A stretch of 64,000 nucleotides of DNA from the human T2T-CHM13v2.0 reference genome, Homo sapiens, in assembly GCF_009914755.1 (NCBI RefSeq), contig NC_060937.1. One strand, 5' to 3'. The position numbers and the translations under genes were made by a program. Below, piece by piece: positions 35,527 to 63,276 of this stretch (position 1 is the stretch's first letter; each line of letters starts with the position of its first letter). Below the pieces are notes generated by a model. It saw only the letters and a program-made list of their open reading frames with translations. It did no database searches and had not been told where the DNA came from.

Positions 35527-36138
35527 CTAGGGGAACAACAATCCAGAAATAGTAATGAATTATCCTTTGAAACAGATCAGGATCCTAAATGTCCTTAATC
35601 TAAGGCCTGAATGTTGAGTACAGAGCCTAAGATGAGAACATAAAGCATGGGAGAACGAGGGCCTCTGAAGAAGAAGAAGAAAAGAGGACATAAAGTATGC
35701 ACAAAACTACAGTTTTCCAATGTAAATGTATTAAAATACAAAAGGAAACATACCAAAATGTAATTAATTATAGGAGCTAGTGATGCAACAATAGGAAACA
35801 TACCAAAATATTATTTCGTTATGTCTGGGGAATAGAATAATACTTTTTTTATTTCCAAATTTTCTATAATGAACAAGTTTTATTTTTATAATAAGGGAAA
35901 ACTACTATTAGAACAAAAAAATAATACTGGGATGTTTTCTGTATTGAACTACCCTGTGTAGTCTTAGGCTAATAGGGTATCATATATAAAAGAATGCTCA
36001 ATAGGAGAATAATTTCATACTGTTGAATAACTCTACAGATCCTCCCAAATTTTCAAGAATTTATTGAAAGTCAGCTCTTGCTTATCTATGGAGTGGGAAG
36101 AGTATCACAAAGAATCTTAACACCTAGGCTAGCTTGTT

Positions 36139-36436
36139 CTTTTTTTGTTGTTGTTGAGACAGAGTCTTGCACTGTCACTGGGGCTGGTGTGCAGTGGTGC
36201 AATCTCGGCTCGCTACAACCTCTGCCTCCTGGGTTCAAGTGATTCTCCTGCCTCGTTCTCTTGAGTGGCTAGGATTACAGGCACCCACCACCACGTCCGG
36301 CTAATTTTTTGTATTTTTAGTAGAGGCGGGGTTTCACTATGTTGGCCAGGATGGCCTCGAACTCCTGACCTCATGATCTGCCTGCGTTGGGGTCCCAAAG
36401 TGCTGGGATTACAAGCGTGAGCCACCATGCCCGGCC
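36139..36436 (-). mobile_element. AluS element in intron 5
   Basis: Alu consensus; CTTGTTCTT TSD. Confidence 0.9.
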
Positions 36437-37662
36437 ACTTGTTCTTATCTAATGTTTTTTTAAAAATCTTTTTTATGATACAATAATATATGAAAGACAG
36501 AAAAACACACAAATCAAATATGTGGTTTAGAGTCCACCACTCAGGTCAAGAAAAAGAACGGTGCTAGTCACTTCATAAGCCCTCCCAAATGCCATTTCCA
36601 GACATAATCCTCTCTCTTCCCTATGAGTAATCATTATCCTGACTTTTATTCCTTTCTTTATCATAACTTCATTACCTAAACGTGTAGCCCTAGGCGCTAC
36701 AGTTTAGTCCTGCCCATTTAAAAATGTTTGATGTATCTTTTTAGTCTATTAGTCCACATGCTCATCATCCATTGCTTTCATTTCCTACAAATGATCTGGT
36801 GAAGAACTTGGGCTGCTGACCTGTAGAATTTCCAACAGTCTGTTTTTGCAGACTGCATATTCTTGGTGCAAGTCACCCTGTTCTGCTGCCCTCTGTATCG
36901 GCAGCAATTAGGCAGCTGGATGCAGACACTGGATCAGACACCAGCTCGAGCCCTTTGGCAAGACGACAGGAGGTATACGGTGTCTGGATGTCTCTCTTTT
37001 TACAGTCTTGACAGGCTTTGACACTGAATGCATCACTGGGGTTACAAAATGGTGATAAGTCTAATTCTATCATTCCTTTCTCACTTATTAGTTAAAATAC
37101 ACTAATAAAGAGACACTTCCCCTTGTCTACCATTTGATTACATGGTGATACAATTACATAGGAAAAGCAAGATAAATGTTTGATTCTGTCCCTTTTACCA
37201 GTTCTACCAAGATACCAACATTTTTTTTTTGTAATATACTGAACTGGTTCATTTTAATCCTCTGAAGATGACCAATTAAAAGTTTAAATTATCATTATGA
37301 ACTCAAGGATTGAAACACATCTAGCACGTTTAAATCAAGCACAATTATTATTAAAGCTCAACTAGTCCCATCGTTGGCCCATAGAGCCTCTTCAAATTGA
37401 CTTCTGAATTCTTCTGACATGCCCCATTTGTATGGGACATGCCCCATTTGTATGGCATAACAAGATATTCCAGGATTATCTTGAACATTTTTTACCCTAG
37501 ACCTGGAATCAGCCATGTCTCCAAAAAGCCCTGGTTCAAGAGAAAAATAGTATTTGAAAATCACAATTTGGGGGCTAGGGTTGTCCACTACTACTGGATT
37601 TGGTTATAATTTCTAAGCCTTTTCAGTGGCCAGAAATAGGAAATACCTCATGAGTTCATATG

Positions 37663-38773
<1,111 letters not shown>

Positions 38774-39576
38774 ACTGACACTTCCAATTTAAATTCAACT
38801 TCAACCTCTTTTCTACCACACTTTTATTGTATTTCTTCCCATACCAAGAATCTTGGTTCTCAAAGAGAGGGCATTAGAATTAAAATATCCCAAAATTACT
38901 TATCTGTTTTTATATTACACTACACACCTAACAGTCTCAGAATACTAATACTAGTTCTACCAATACAATTACTAAAAACATTAAAACTTTTTTGCATATG
39001 CTCTTGCCATTTGCCTCCCATTTTTCAAATGATTGTACTATATCTATACTGTCAGATCATACAGTCCTTATGTAACAAATTTATTCCCCTTAGCCCTCAA
39101 TTAGTCCCAGTTCTTCAGGTAACTGCATATTTAATGTTCACCCCTACTCCTTATTTTGCTATCTCTCATTTCAGTTGTCTGAAGCTTGTTTTCTAGTAGA
39201 TTCCTCAGAAAGGGATCATGGGAAGAGTATTTCCTGAATTCTTGCATAATGATAACAAATTGTTCCCTTCACATTTATAAGTCAGTTTTGCTTATTATAA
39301 AATCCTTAACTCAACTTTCTTTCAGTGAACTCTCTCTCTGGCACAAAGTGTTGTTACTGAAAAGTCTGAAGGAAATCTAATCCTTGCCTTATAAGTCTCA
39401 AGGTCTTTGTTTCTACGTGCCTAATGGGTCTTTTCCCTTTTTTGTAAGTCCAAACATTTTATTAGCCTATGTCTTAGTGTTGGTCGTTCTAGCTGGATAT
39501 TTTCAGATGTGCACATGGTTTCAAATCTTTTATTTCTATTTCAGAAGAGTTCTCTGGAAATATAGATGTTAGTATT

Positions 39577-40052
39577 TGTCACAGGCAGCCTCAAGGGTGG
39601 CCCCCCAGGATCCCTGCCTGCTGGTATTCATACCCTTACAGTTCCCTCCCAGCTGGTCTGTATGATCAATAGCATATGGTATGACAGAGGTGATACTATG
39701 TCACCTTCCGAGGTTAGATTATAAAGAACCATGGCCTCCATCTTGCATCACTTACTTGGGAGAAACAGGTCGCTATGTTGGGAATAGCCCTGTGGAGAGG
39801 CCCTCGTGGTGAAAAGCTGGTATCTGCTTACAACTACATGAGTGAGCTTGCAAGCAGGCCCTGACACCCCAGTCATGTGTTGAGATGACAACAACCCCAC
39901 CCAACAGCTTAACTGCAACCTCATGAGACACCCTGTGCCACTCAAAAAAGCAGCTGATTCCTGACCCTCATAAATTGTGAGATAAAAAATGTTTGTTCTT
40001 TAAAATTGCTAAGCTTTGGGTAATTTGTTACACAGCAATAAATAACAAATAT
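39577..40052 (+). mobile_element. MLT1F-like MaLR LTR
   Basis: GGTGGCCCCCCAGGATCCCTGCCTGCTGGTATTCATACC...GTAATTTGTTACACAGCAATAAATAAC. Confidence 0.75.
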
Positions 40053-40339
40053 AGTATCTGCTCTGACTTTTATCATCTAATCAATCTTTTTGCCTATCAA
40101 CAATATTTGTCATTTTCTTCACTCCTTTATTATCTTTCTTCATTTCTTCTTGATTTCAAAAAAATTTTCCTTTTTAACTACTACTTTCTTAAGGCATTAA
40201 ATGTTCTGTTTATCTGCTCATATGTTCCTTCTGATTTATTCATTTCTAAAATGATTTTTCTTTGCTTTCTAATTATTTCCTGAGTCTGTCATTTCATTTC
40301 TAATCCTGATTTATCAGATTCTTTGACACTTCATATTGC

Positions 40340-47272
<6,933 letters not shown>

Positions 47273-47737
47273 TAAATTTTTATCAGCCAAAAGAGAAGTT
47301 TCTTGAAAATAAAGACAAATGATTAACTTTTTCCGCATTCTCATAAAAATCAAACACATTAGCCACTTAGTCTAATTAGTAATACTTATATTATTTTATA
47401 AATAAAGTTATTTAAAGTAAAAACCTTAATATACCTTTGCTTTCAATAATAGAGAAAAATGATTTTGAGGCAAGATACGTATCTAAGTTCCTCAGGGGAA
47501 TTTTCTCTAATTCACATATTTCTCCCTAAGCAAATGCTTCCCTCCTTTCTACTGTCTTCTCCTAGCTAACAACTCTGCTATAATAGTAAGCCACTGTGAT
47601 TGATGAGCCTATGCCACAGTGTTTAGTAGATATACACCAAAAGTTTCAAAAAAAAATGGGACAATATGGTTCTAATCAAGATCAGAGGTAAAATAATTTT
47701 CAGTATCTCCTACAGGCAAATTCCTCAATATGCCTAC

Positions 47738-47845
47738 CATAATCTGCTGGTGTATAATTCAGAAGTTCAAATTGCCAGTGTTTATAGCACGAATAATTCT
47801 GGTACATGTCAAATATTTCTCGGGTAAATTGTTGGCAGATGTCAC
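47738..47845 (-). CDS. MTRF1: MTRF1 exon 5 (108 nt), GDICQQFTREIFDMYQNYSCYKHWQFELLNYTPADY
   Basis: Within ORF 47700..47999; acceptor ttttgttttag|GT, donor ATG|GTAGGC; intron 4 is 196 nt. Confidence 0.95.
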
Positions 47846-48041
47846 CTAAAACAAAATACGAAAAATATTTAGTCAGGACAAATTTCGGAAAGCCACCCTT
47901 AAGACTAAGTCCTTTAGGAAATAAAGAATAACTATTTCCAAATTTAAATACATTTAATGGACTTTTAAAGTTAGTGTTATCAAATAAGGTAAAATTCAAG
48001 GACTTTTTAGATCATTTAAATAATAAAGTAAGTTTACTGAC

Positions 48042-48123
48042 CTCCAGTAGTCCTTCCAGCTGTCACCTCTAAAATAACATCATTTTTGTCATATTTCTCC
48101 TTTGGCACAAGGCTCTGGAAAAG
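48042..48123 (-). CDS. MTRF1: MTRF1 exon 4 (82 nt), LFQSLVPKEKYDKNDVILEVTAGRTTG
   Basis: Acceptor ttttattccag|CTT, donor GAG|GTCAGT; RF1 domain-2 motif ILEVxAG. Confidence 0.95.
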
Positions 48124-49621
48124 CTGGAATAAAAATCAGCATTTGTGTGTATATTTTCCCCGGTACACTATTACTGAATTAAATAAAGGCCCGAAAAACA
48201 TTGAAAAAAATCAATAATTGGCAAAATCATATAGTATCCCAAACAGGGTATTCCAAAAATGCTATAATAAGTAGAACTAATTAGACCTAAAATAGGTGAT
48301 CAATTCATGTTAACAATGGAGTTACTTGTCAGTATATTTTCTGCACTGTTATCAGATTATCTTAATTTTCTAGAATGCAGAAGTTCAGATCAAAGTCCAG
48401 GGTGTTCCATTCAATTTTCTTCAGATTTTGGCTCTTATAATTAGTTCTGAACAGTAGCTTCTTTCATCTAATGAATGAAGCAAGGCTTTGAAAGTCTTCA
48501 CTTTGAGAAATGATTTCATATTATCTCCTGCTATAACTGACAGCAGACACCAGCCATGCTGTGCCTTCTCAGCAGAGACGCTCTAATTAAAGACTATGTT
48601 GAGGGCTCCCAAGATAAGGCTCAAAATGAGTTTCTCAGCTGTGACCAGAAAGAAAAAGGGCTTCCTAATAAAGAAAGTAACCGACATTCCTCTTAGGAAG
48701 AAAAGGGAAGTAATTTCATTATTACTAAAAGGTTTTTCAAATCAATGTAAAAGTACCTATGTGTCATGACTGTCCCTACTGCCAATTTCTGAAATACTCC
48801 ATCTCTGCTAGAAATGATATAGTCTATGGGAGAGAATATGAGACAGACTGAGAGTCAGACATCTTCTGCCTTTGATTAACTGGTTCAATTTGTAATAAAA
48901 ATAACTGATATCCCATGTAACCTCCCCCTTAACTTTTCAAAAAGCCCCTCTATTGGATTCCCAGAGTAAGAAACACTGAAGGTAGGAGGACGGCAAACGT
49001 GACAGAGGGAAACATGGTATACAGTAGTGTGTTCTTCATTGTCTTTGTAGACAAACCATCCATTAAGCAAGAATGAAAAGAGACCACTATGGAAGGGAAA
49101 TCTTCCATTTCCATGTCTAGGAGATATCAGCTGATGCTGATACAGTATCATCAACCCTGAGAAGCTCCAGTATGCCACACCCTTACTAGACCTAACTAAA
49201 GATGTGTGTTAACCAACTATTTTTACACCTTTGGATTCATTCCATTCTATCCAGAGTGCAAATTTCCAATCCTTAATTAACAGCCACCATGAACTCCTCC
49301 TCCTCTTCTCACTCTTAAAATCCTCTGACTCTTCCCTGTGGTGAACTAAATTTCTTTACCAGCACGTATTCTCTTGCTTAACAAGTTAACAGACTTAACT
49401 TTGAATTTTTTTTTTTTTACCCTGGGAGTCTTTATTATTTGACATCGTAATTTCTTCATTCTCATTCTGCAGCAAATTACAGGAGACCAGCTTGATCACT
49501 TATCATAAGAGAACACTTAAAACAGTGTTTGGAAACCACTATGAGCACCGAAGCAGAGTCTAGCAAAAACAGCATTCCTTTATACAGCACTATTGAAACT
49601 AGTCGACCTCTGAAAACCTAC

Positions 49622-49713
49622 CTCATTGTACAACATGTTGATTTTTTGATCAATGGTTTGCCTTTCTTCCAGTGCAAGTTCTTGTAACTGCTTTTCATCT
49701 TGTTTATTTAGGC
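49622..49713 (-). CDS. MTRF1: MTRF1 exon 3 (92 nt), SLNKQDEKQLQELALEERQTIDQKINMLYNE
   Basis: Acceptor ctggcttttag|GC, donor GAG|GTAGGT; phase 1 to 0. Confidence 0.95.
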
Positions 49714-50308
49714 CTAAAAGCCAGAAACAGAAATAATGATAAAGTTTTTAAATACTTACAGAGAAACTCCTAAGTAGCCATGTTCCTCTTTGGCTACTAA
49801 GTTTTATTTCAGTTGCAAAGGCAAGGGATTATACAAAGGAACATTTAGAATATTTGGAGAATGTCAATTAACAAGTATTTGCTAAGCATTTCCAAAAAAC
49901 TCAATGTGAAAAGCAATATAATCGTGCTTCCCAAAACCTTGTGTTTTTTTTTTTAAAGGTAAAATAGCTTAAAACATTTCATCTCTAATCAATCTATTAA
50001 CAGTAGTAACAAAAATATGCTTAATATAGAAACCCACATTTACAAAGCTCGTTATTTGAATGTCTATAATTATATAAATTGGTGATTAATCAAACAGGTT
50101 TAAAAAGCTACTAGCTAATTAAATATAAACCCAAATAAGATAAGATTTGGAGCAAACTGGAGTGAGCATTTCCTGTCCAAAGGTAGCAGCTGTAACTCAG
50201 CATACTGTGACATGGTCCAGCACAGCTACAACTTCCATATTATCCAAGAGAAGTCAGAAATAAGAATTCTTAAAATCTCTTGATACATTCATACTCAGTT
50301 CACATTGT

Positions 50309-50473
50309 TTTTTTTTTAAGAGAGATGAGGACTCACTATGTTGCCCAGGCTGGAGTAGCTATTCTCAGATGTGATCATGGTACACTACAGCCTCAAACTC
50401 CTGGACTCAAGCGATCTTCCTGCTTCAGCCTCCCAGGTAGCTGAGATTACAGGTGCGTGCCACTGTGCCTGGC
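50309..50473 (-). mobile_element. FAM-like fossil Alu monomer
   Basis: Single monomer keeping the 7SL-derived GAGAATAGC segment (plus strand GCTATTCTC) that dimeric Alus lack. Confidence 0.75.
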
Positions 50474-50502
50474 TTAGTACGGTACTTTAAAATACATATC
50501 AT

Positions 50503-55485
<4,983 letters not shown>

Positions 55486-55605
55486 AGACTAAGTTCAATA
55501 AAGCTTTAACTTAGAAAATCAAATCTGTACTTACACACACGCATATAAGTGTGTGGTTTTTTTTTCATAGCCCTTATGCAGGACACATAAGTATCTTTTA
55601 CCTAC

Positions 55606-56020
55606 TTTTACACATTGATTCTAATTCTTCAATTGCTTGTTCAGTCTCCTGAATTTCTTGGTAAATGGCTGCAAGAGGTGCCAACTCAGCATGCCTTCTG
55701 TTCAAGGACCTTCGGTTTTCTTCATTCACAGGGATATGCTGCAGACATTGCTCAAGTGTTTGGTACTCCTTACTCAGGTTCTCCATATATTTCTGTAGTG
55801 CTTTATGCTTCCAGAGCATCTTGGTGTCTTGATGGCAATATCTCCTGGACCAATTCTTACTTAACAGATGAAGAATGCAATTCCTGTTTTGTCTAAAAAC
55901 TTGCAGCCTTGTATCAAGATGTATCTGTCTAAATTGATGAGAATGGAGCTGGATGTGACACTGGAGGTAACCATTAAGAGATGGATGTCTAAAAAGCCAA
56001 ACACACAGGTGACGATTCAT
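55606..56020 (-). CDS. MTRF1: MTRF1 exon 2 coding part (aa 1-138 plus 1 nt), mitochondrial presequence and N-terminal helices; exon begins at 56028
   Basis: ORF 55598..56020; acceptor ttgtatttcag|ATGCTGAG; donor AAA|GTAGGT; first ~60 aa Arg/His/Leu-rich with one acidic residue, ending SRRY. Confidence 0.96.
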
Positions 56021-56163
56021 CTCAGCATCTGAAATACAATAAACACAGTCTTTAAAAAAAAAATCAGCTCTAAAGATACATGCATAATAAACCTGGAAGG
56101 AACATCAAGAAATCTTGTTTCATCTACTGCCTCAGCCAGCTCCACAGTCTTAAAATTCAACTG

Positions 56164-57910
<1,747 letters not shown>

Positions 57911-58592
57911 AGGATCAACATTTATCAAAATCAAACTTTACTGTCTCCAGTGATCCTACTATGCTAGGAGGTGCATTGATATATTAGCTCATTTGTTCAC
58001 TATAAGTCTGTTAACTTAGCATTATCACCTAGGAAATAAAATAGTCAGAATGGTCTTTAAAATATTCAGTTTCCAGAGTTCTACTGATAGATTTTAGGAT
58101 ACTGCATCACATTATTAAAAGAACTGCTGAAGAAAGCACCAATGGCCAGCTGTCACAAACGTTACACTCCACCACCCCCGTATTTCAAGCATGTTAGAGA
58201 AAGTGTATCCATTTGCTAACAGACAGAATAAAAGGATGACAAATATATGTTTGTACGAATACTTATTGCTAAAATTTCCATTTTAGGAACAGTAGTAGAA
58301 TGCATAATTTTCAAGGTCATGAATCTCAACATTAAGGAAAACAAAACAAAACAAGATGTTTACTCTCCAAGGTTAACTACACCTGAGAACAGCACGACTT
58401 CTCCATTACCCATCACAGTAACAGTATTACTCTGATGCTTTGGGGAAAGTTCTGAGTGTAGGCAGGTCAGAAGCGACAGCCCGCGGGGCAGCAGCACGGG
58501 CAAACCATGCTGTGTAACTCAGTATATGGAGTGATTCCATAAAGAGGCAATACAGGAGGCGGCGGGGAAGATCAGGAAAGAACTGTGAGTAC

Positions 58593-58700
58593 CTAAGAAA
58601 AAGAAGAATACACGTTAGCTCTCTTTACTGAGGTCGGAACCTTCCGAGACCCGCCACATTTCAGCCCGACAAACCCGAGATCACGTTCACTTCCTGGTTC
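58593..58700 (-). other. MTRF1: MTRF1 exon 1 (non-coding 5' UTR); TSS approximate
   Basis: Lies in the CpG-rich region next to ETS motifs; ends ...TTCTTAG|GTACTC (weak donor); agrees with my recollection of the mRNA leader, which the DNA alone cannot confirm. Confidence 0.65.
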
Positions 58701-58911
58701 ACTTCTTCCGGGTTAACGCACGCTCCCGGCCCCTCCTCCGCCACTACCGCTCTCCGGAGGAGTTGTCCTCGAGCATGCCTAACAATGGACTAAAATGACA
58801 AAAATGAGCTAAATGAGAAAAATGACAAAACGAGAATGAAATTGTCATCAGACAACCGCCCCCGCGCCGTCCTTATCCAGAGCGTGAGCCCAGAGCGGGG
58901 ATGGAGATGGT

Positions 58912-58935
58912 GGGAGGGAGGGAGGGAGGGAGGGG
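58912..58935 (+). repeat. (GGGA)5GGGG tract, G-quadruplex/triplex-capable
   Basis: Six G3+ runs with 1-nt loops. Confidence 0.85.
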
Positions 58936-58947
58936 CCAAGGTGGGAC

Positions 58948-58999
58948 TAAACTACAACTCCCAGAGCGCCCACCAAAGAATCCTGGGAGTTGTAGTTTA
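58948..58999. promoter_or_regulatory. Inverted pair of ZNF143/THAP11-type motifs TAAACTACAACTCCCAG
   Basis: 58948-58964 is the exact reverse complement of 58983-58999. Confidence 0.85.
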
Positions 59000-60250
59000 C
59001 CTTGCGGCAGCCTCCAACCCCCTCCACTCACTATCCAGCCAAATGTGGAGTTTTTGGTTTTCACCGTTAACTGCAAACCTAGAAGAGAGATTCTTTACGA
59101 TTCTGATTAAGAGATCAAGATTTAGAACACATTGCATGTGAAATTACAATAATTTCCTTATGTATTAGAAGCCCCTAAAGCACTGTTTTCCAATATTTAA
59201 AAAAAATAAAGACTCCTTTTACATCATCCACAAATGTAGAAGATTCTGCGTGTAATTTCTATACTTTCAGCTTCCATTGCTTCAGAAAATACCTAATGAC
59301 TAAAGGATAATACAAATAAATTTATATTTTAAAAGTAGTAACAGCCCCAAAAGTTAGGAGACCGTGTATTTCCACATGTTAGTGATTTTATAATGTTCTT
59401 TGCACATGGGAATGTAGGGGCTCAACCTAGATTCATAGCTTATGAACCACTGATTAAGTGAAGAATGAAAACTCAAGTTAATAAACAATTGCAGGAAAAT
59501 GCAAGCATATTGTCCTACTTTGACTAATCCAGTGGGATCCAGCCCTTGGCTATCGCAATTTACAGTCTTTCTATCTCCATGCCTCAATTTTTCTTCCTGA
59601 AAGAAAAGGCAAAAAATGTACCATATTACTGACTTTACAGAGTATTTTCTTAGATTATAATCACATACATAGATAGGAGAATTAGCTATATATGCAAAAT
59701 AATATCTAACGTTTATAGCCAACTTCAAGGTACCTACTTCTATGTACTATGTACTAAATACTGTTCTAAATGGTTTTACCCTATTAATTCATTTAATTTT
59801 TACAACGTTAAAATACTTATTTTGCAGAGGAGAAAATTAAGGCACACAGAGCTAAAGTAACTACTCCAAGGTAAAAAACAGTAAGTGATAGAGCCAAGAC
59901 TCAATTAAGGCAATGGCTTTAATGATCTGTGGCTCCTAAGCTCTGATATAGGGCCACCCTGCTCCAAAAAAGAAAAAACCTTCAATCATGTATTCAATAA
60001 ATAGTGAACACCAGTTATGTGCTATTCACTATTCTAGTCATGAGGATTTAGCAATGAACAGAAAAGACAAAAACCTTTGCCCACATGGAGCTTATGTTCC
60101 AGTAGGGGAAAAGTTTCAAAGGGTCTACATAAAGTCATTCTCCTAAGTTATCCAAAAAGTTCTTTAATTATTTATTCTGATTTGTGCTTTCAGCTATATA
60201 ACTTGAGTATTATATATAAAGCTTTATTCTCCTTAAAAAATTAGTCTTAG

Positions 60251-62978
<2,728 letters not shown>

Positions 62979-63276
62979 TGGCGATCAAATTAAAAAGCTT
63001 GCTTTCTGAACAATTTCTAGGATTTCTAATTTTTATTTTAATCTTATTATTATTATTTGTATTTTTGTAAAGAAGGGGTTTCATCATGTTGCCCAGCATC
63101 TTCAAACCGGTTGGCATCAGCTATTCCACTGAAATTCAGGCTCTGAAAACCATATTAAGCAATTCTTAAACAAATTTCTTATTATTCTAACATCAGAGAT
63201 CCTATCTATAAGAGCAATGGGGATGTAAATTAATCCTTAAACAAAAGCCTTATAATTCTAACATCAGAAATGCTAT

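Larger units (their letters stand above)
58470..59010 (-). promoter_or_regulatory. CpG-rich, TATA-less MTRF1 promoter
   Basis: CpG cluster outside any Alu; ETS cores CAGGAAGT 58696-58689 and CCGGAAG 58711-58705; EGR/GC box CGCCCCCGC 58857-58865; two ACTACAnnTCCCAG motifs. Confidence 0.85.

Noticed and set aside
50309-50473. Possible 7SL RNA gene or pseudogene
   Set aside because: The S domain is missing; fits a FAM monomer
58841-58850. ATF4 amino-acid response element-like TGATGACAAT, and ACGTG cores at 58611 and 58682
   Set aside because: One base too long for TGATGxAAx; five-base HRE cores are expected by chance in CpG-rich DNA
63161-63268. CRISPR-like repeat-spacer-repeat geometry
   Set aside because: Only two diverged copies, no palindrome, no cas genes, primate context
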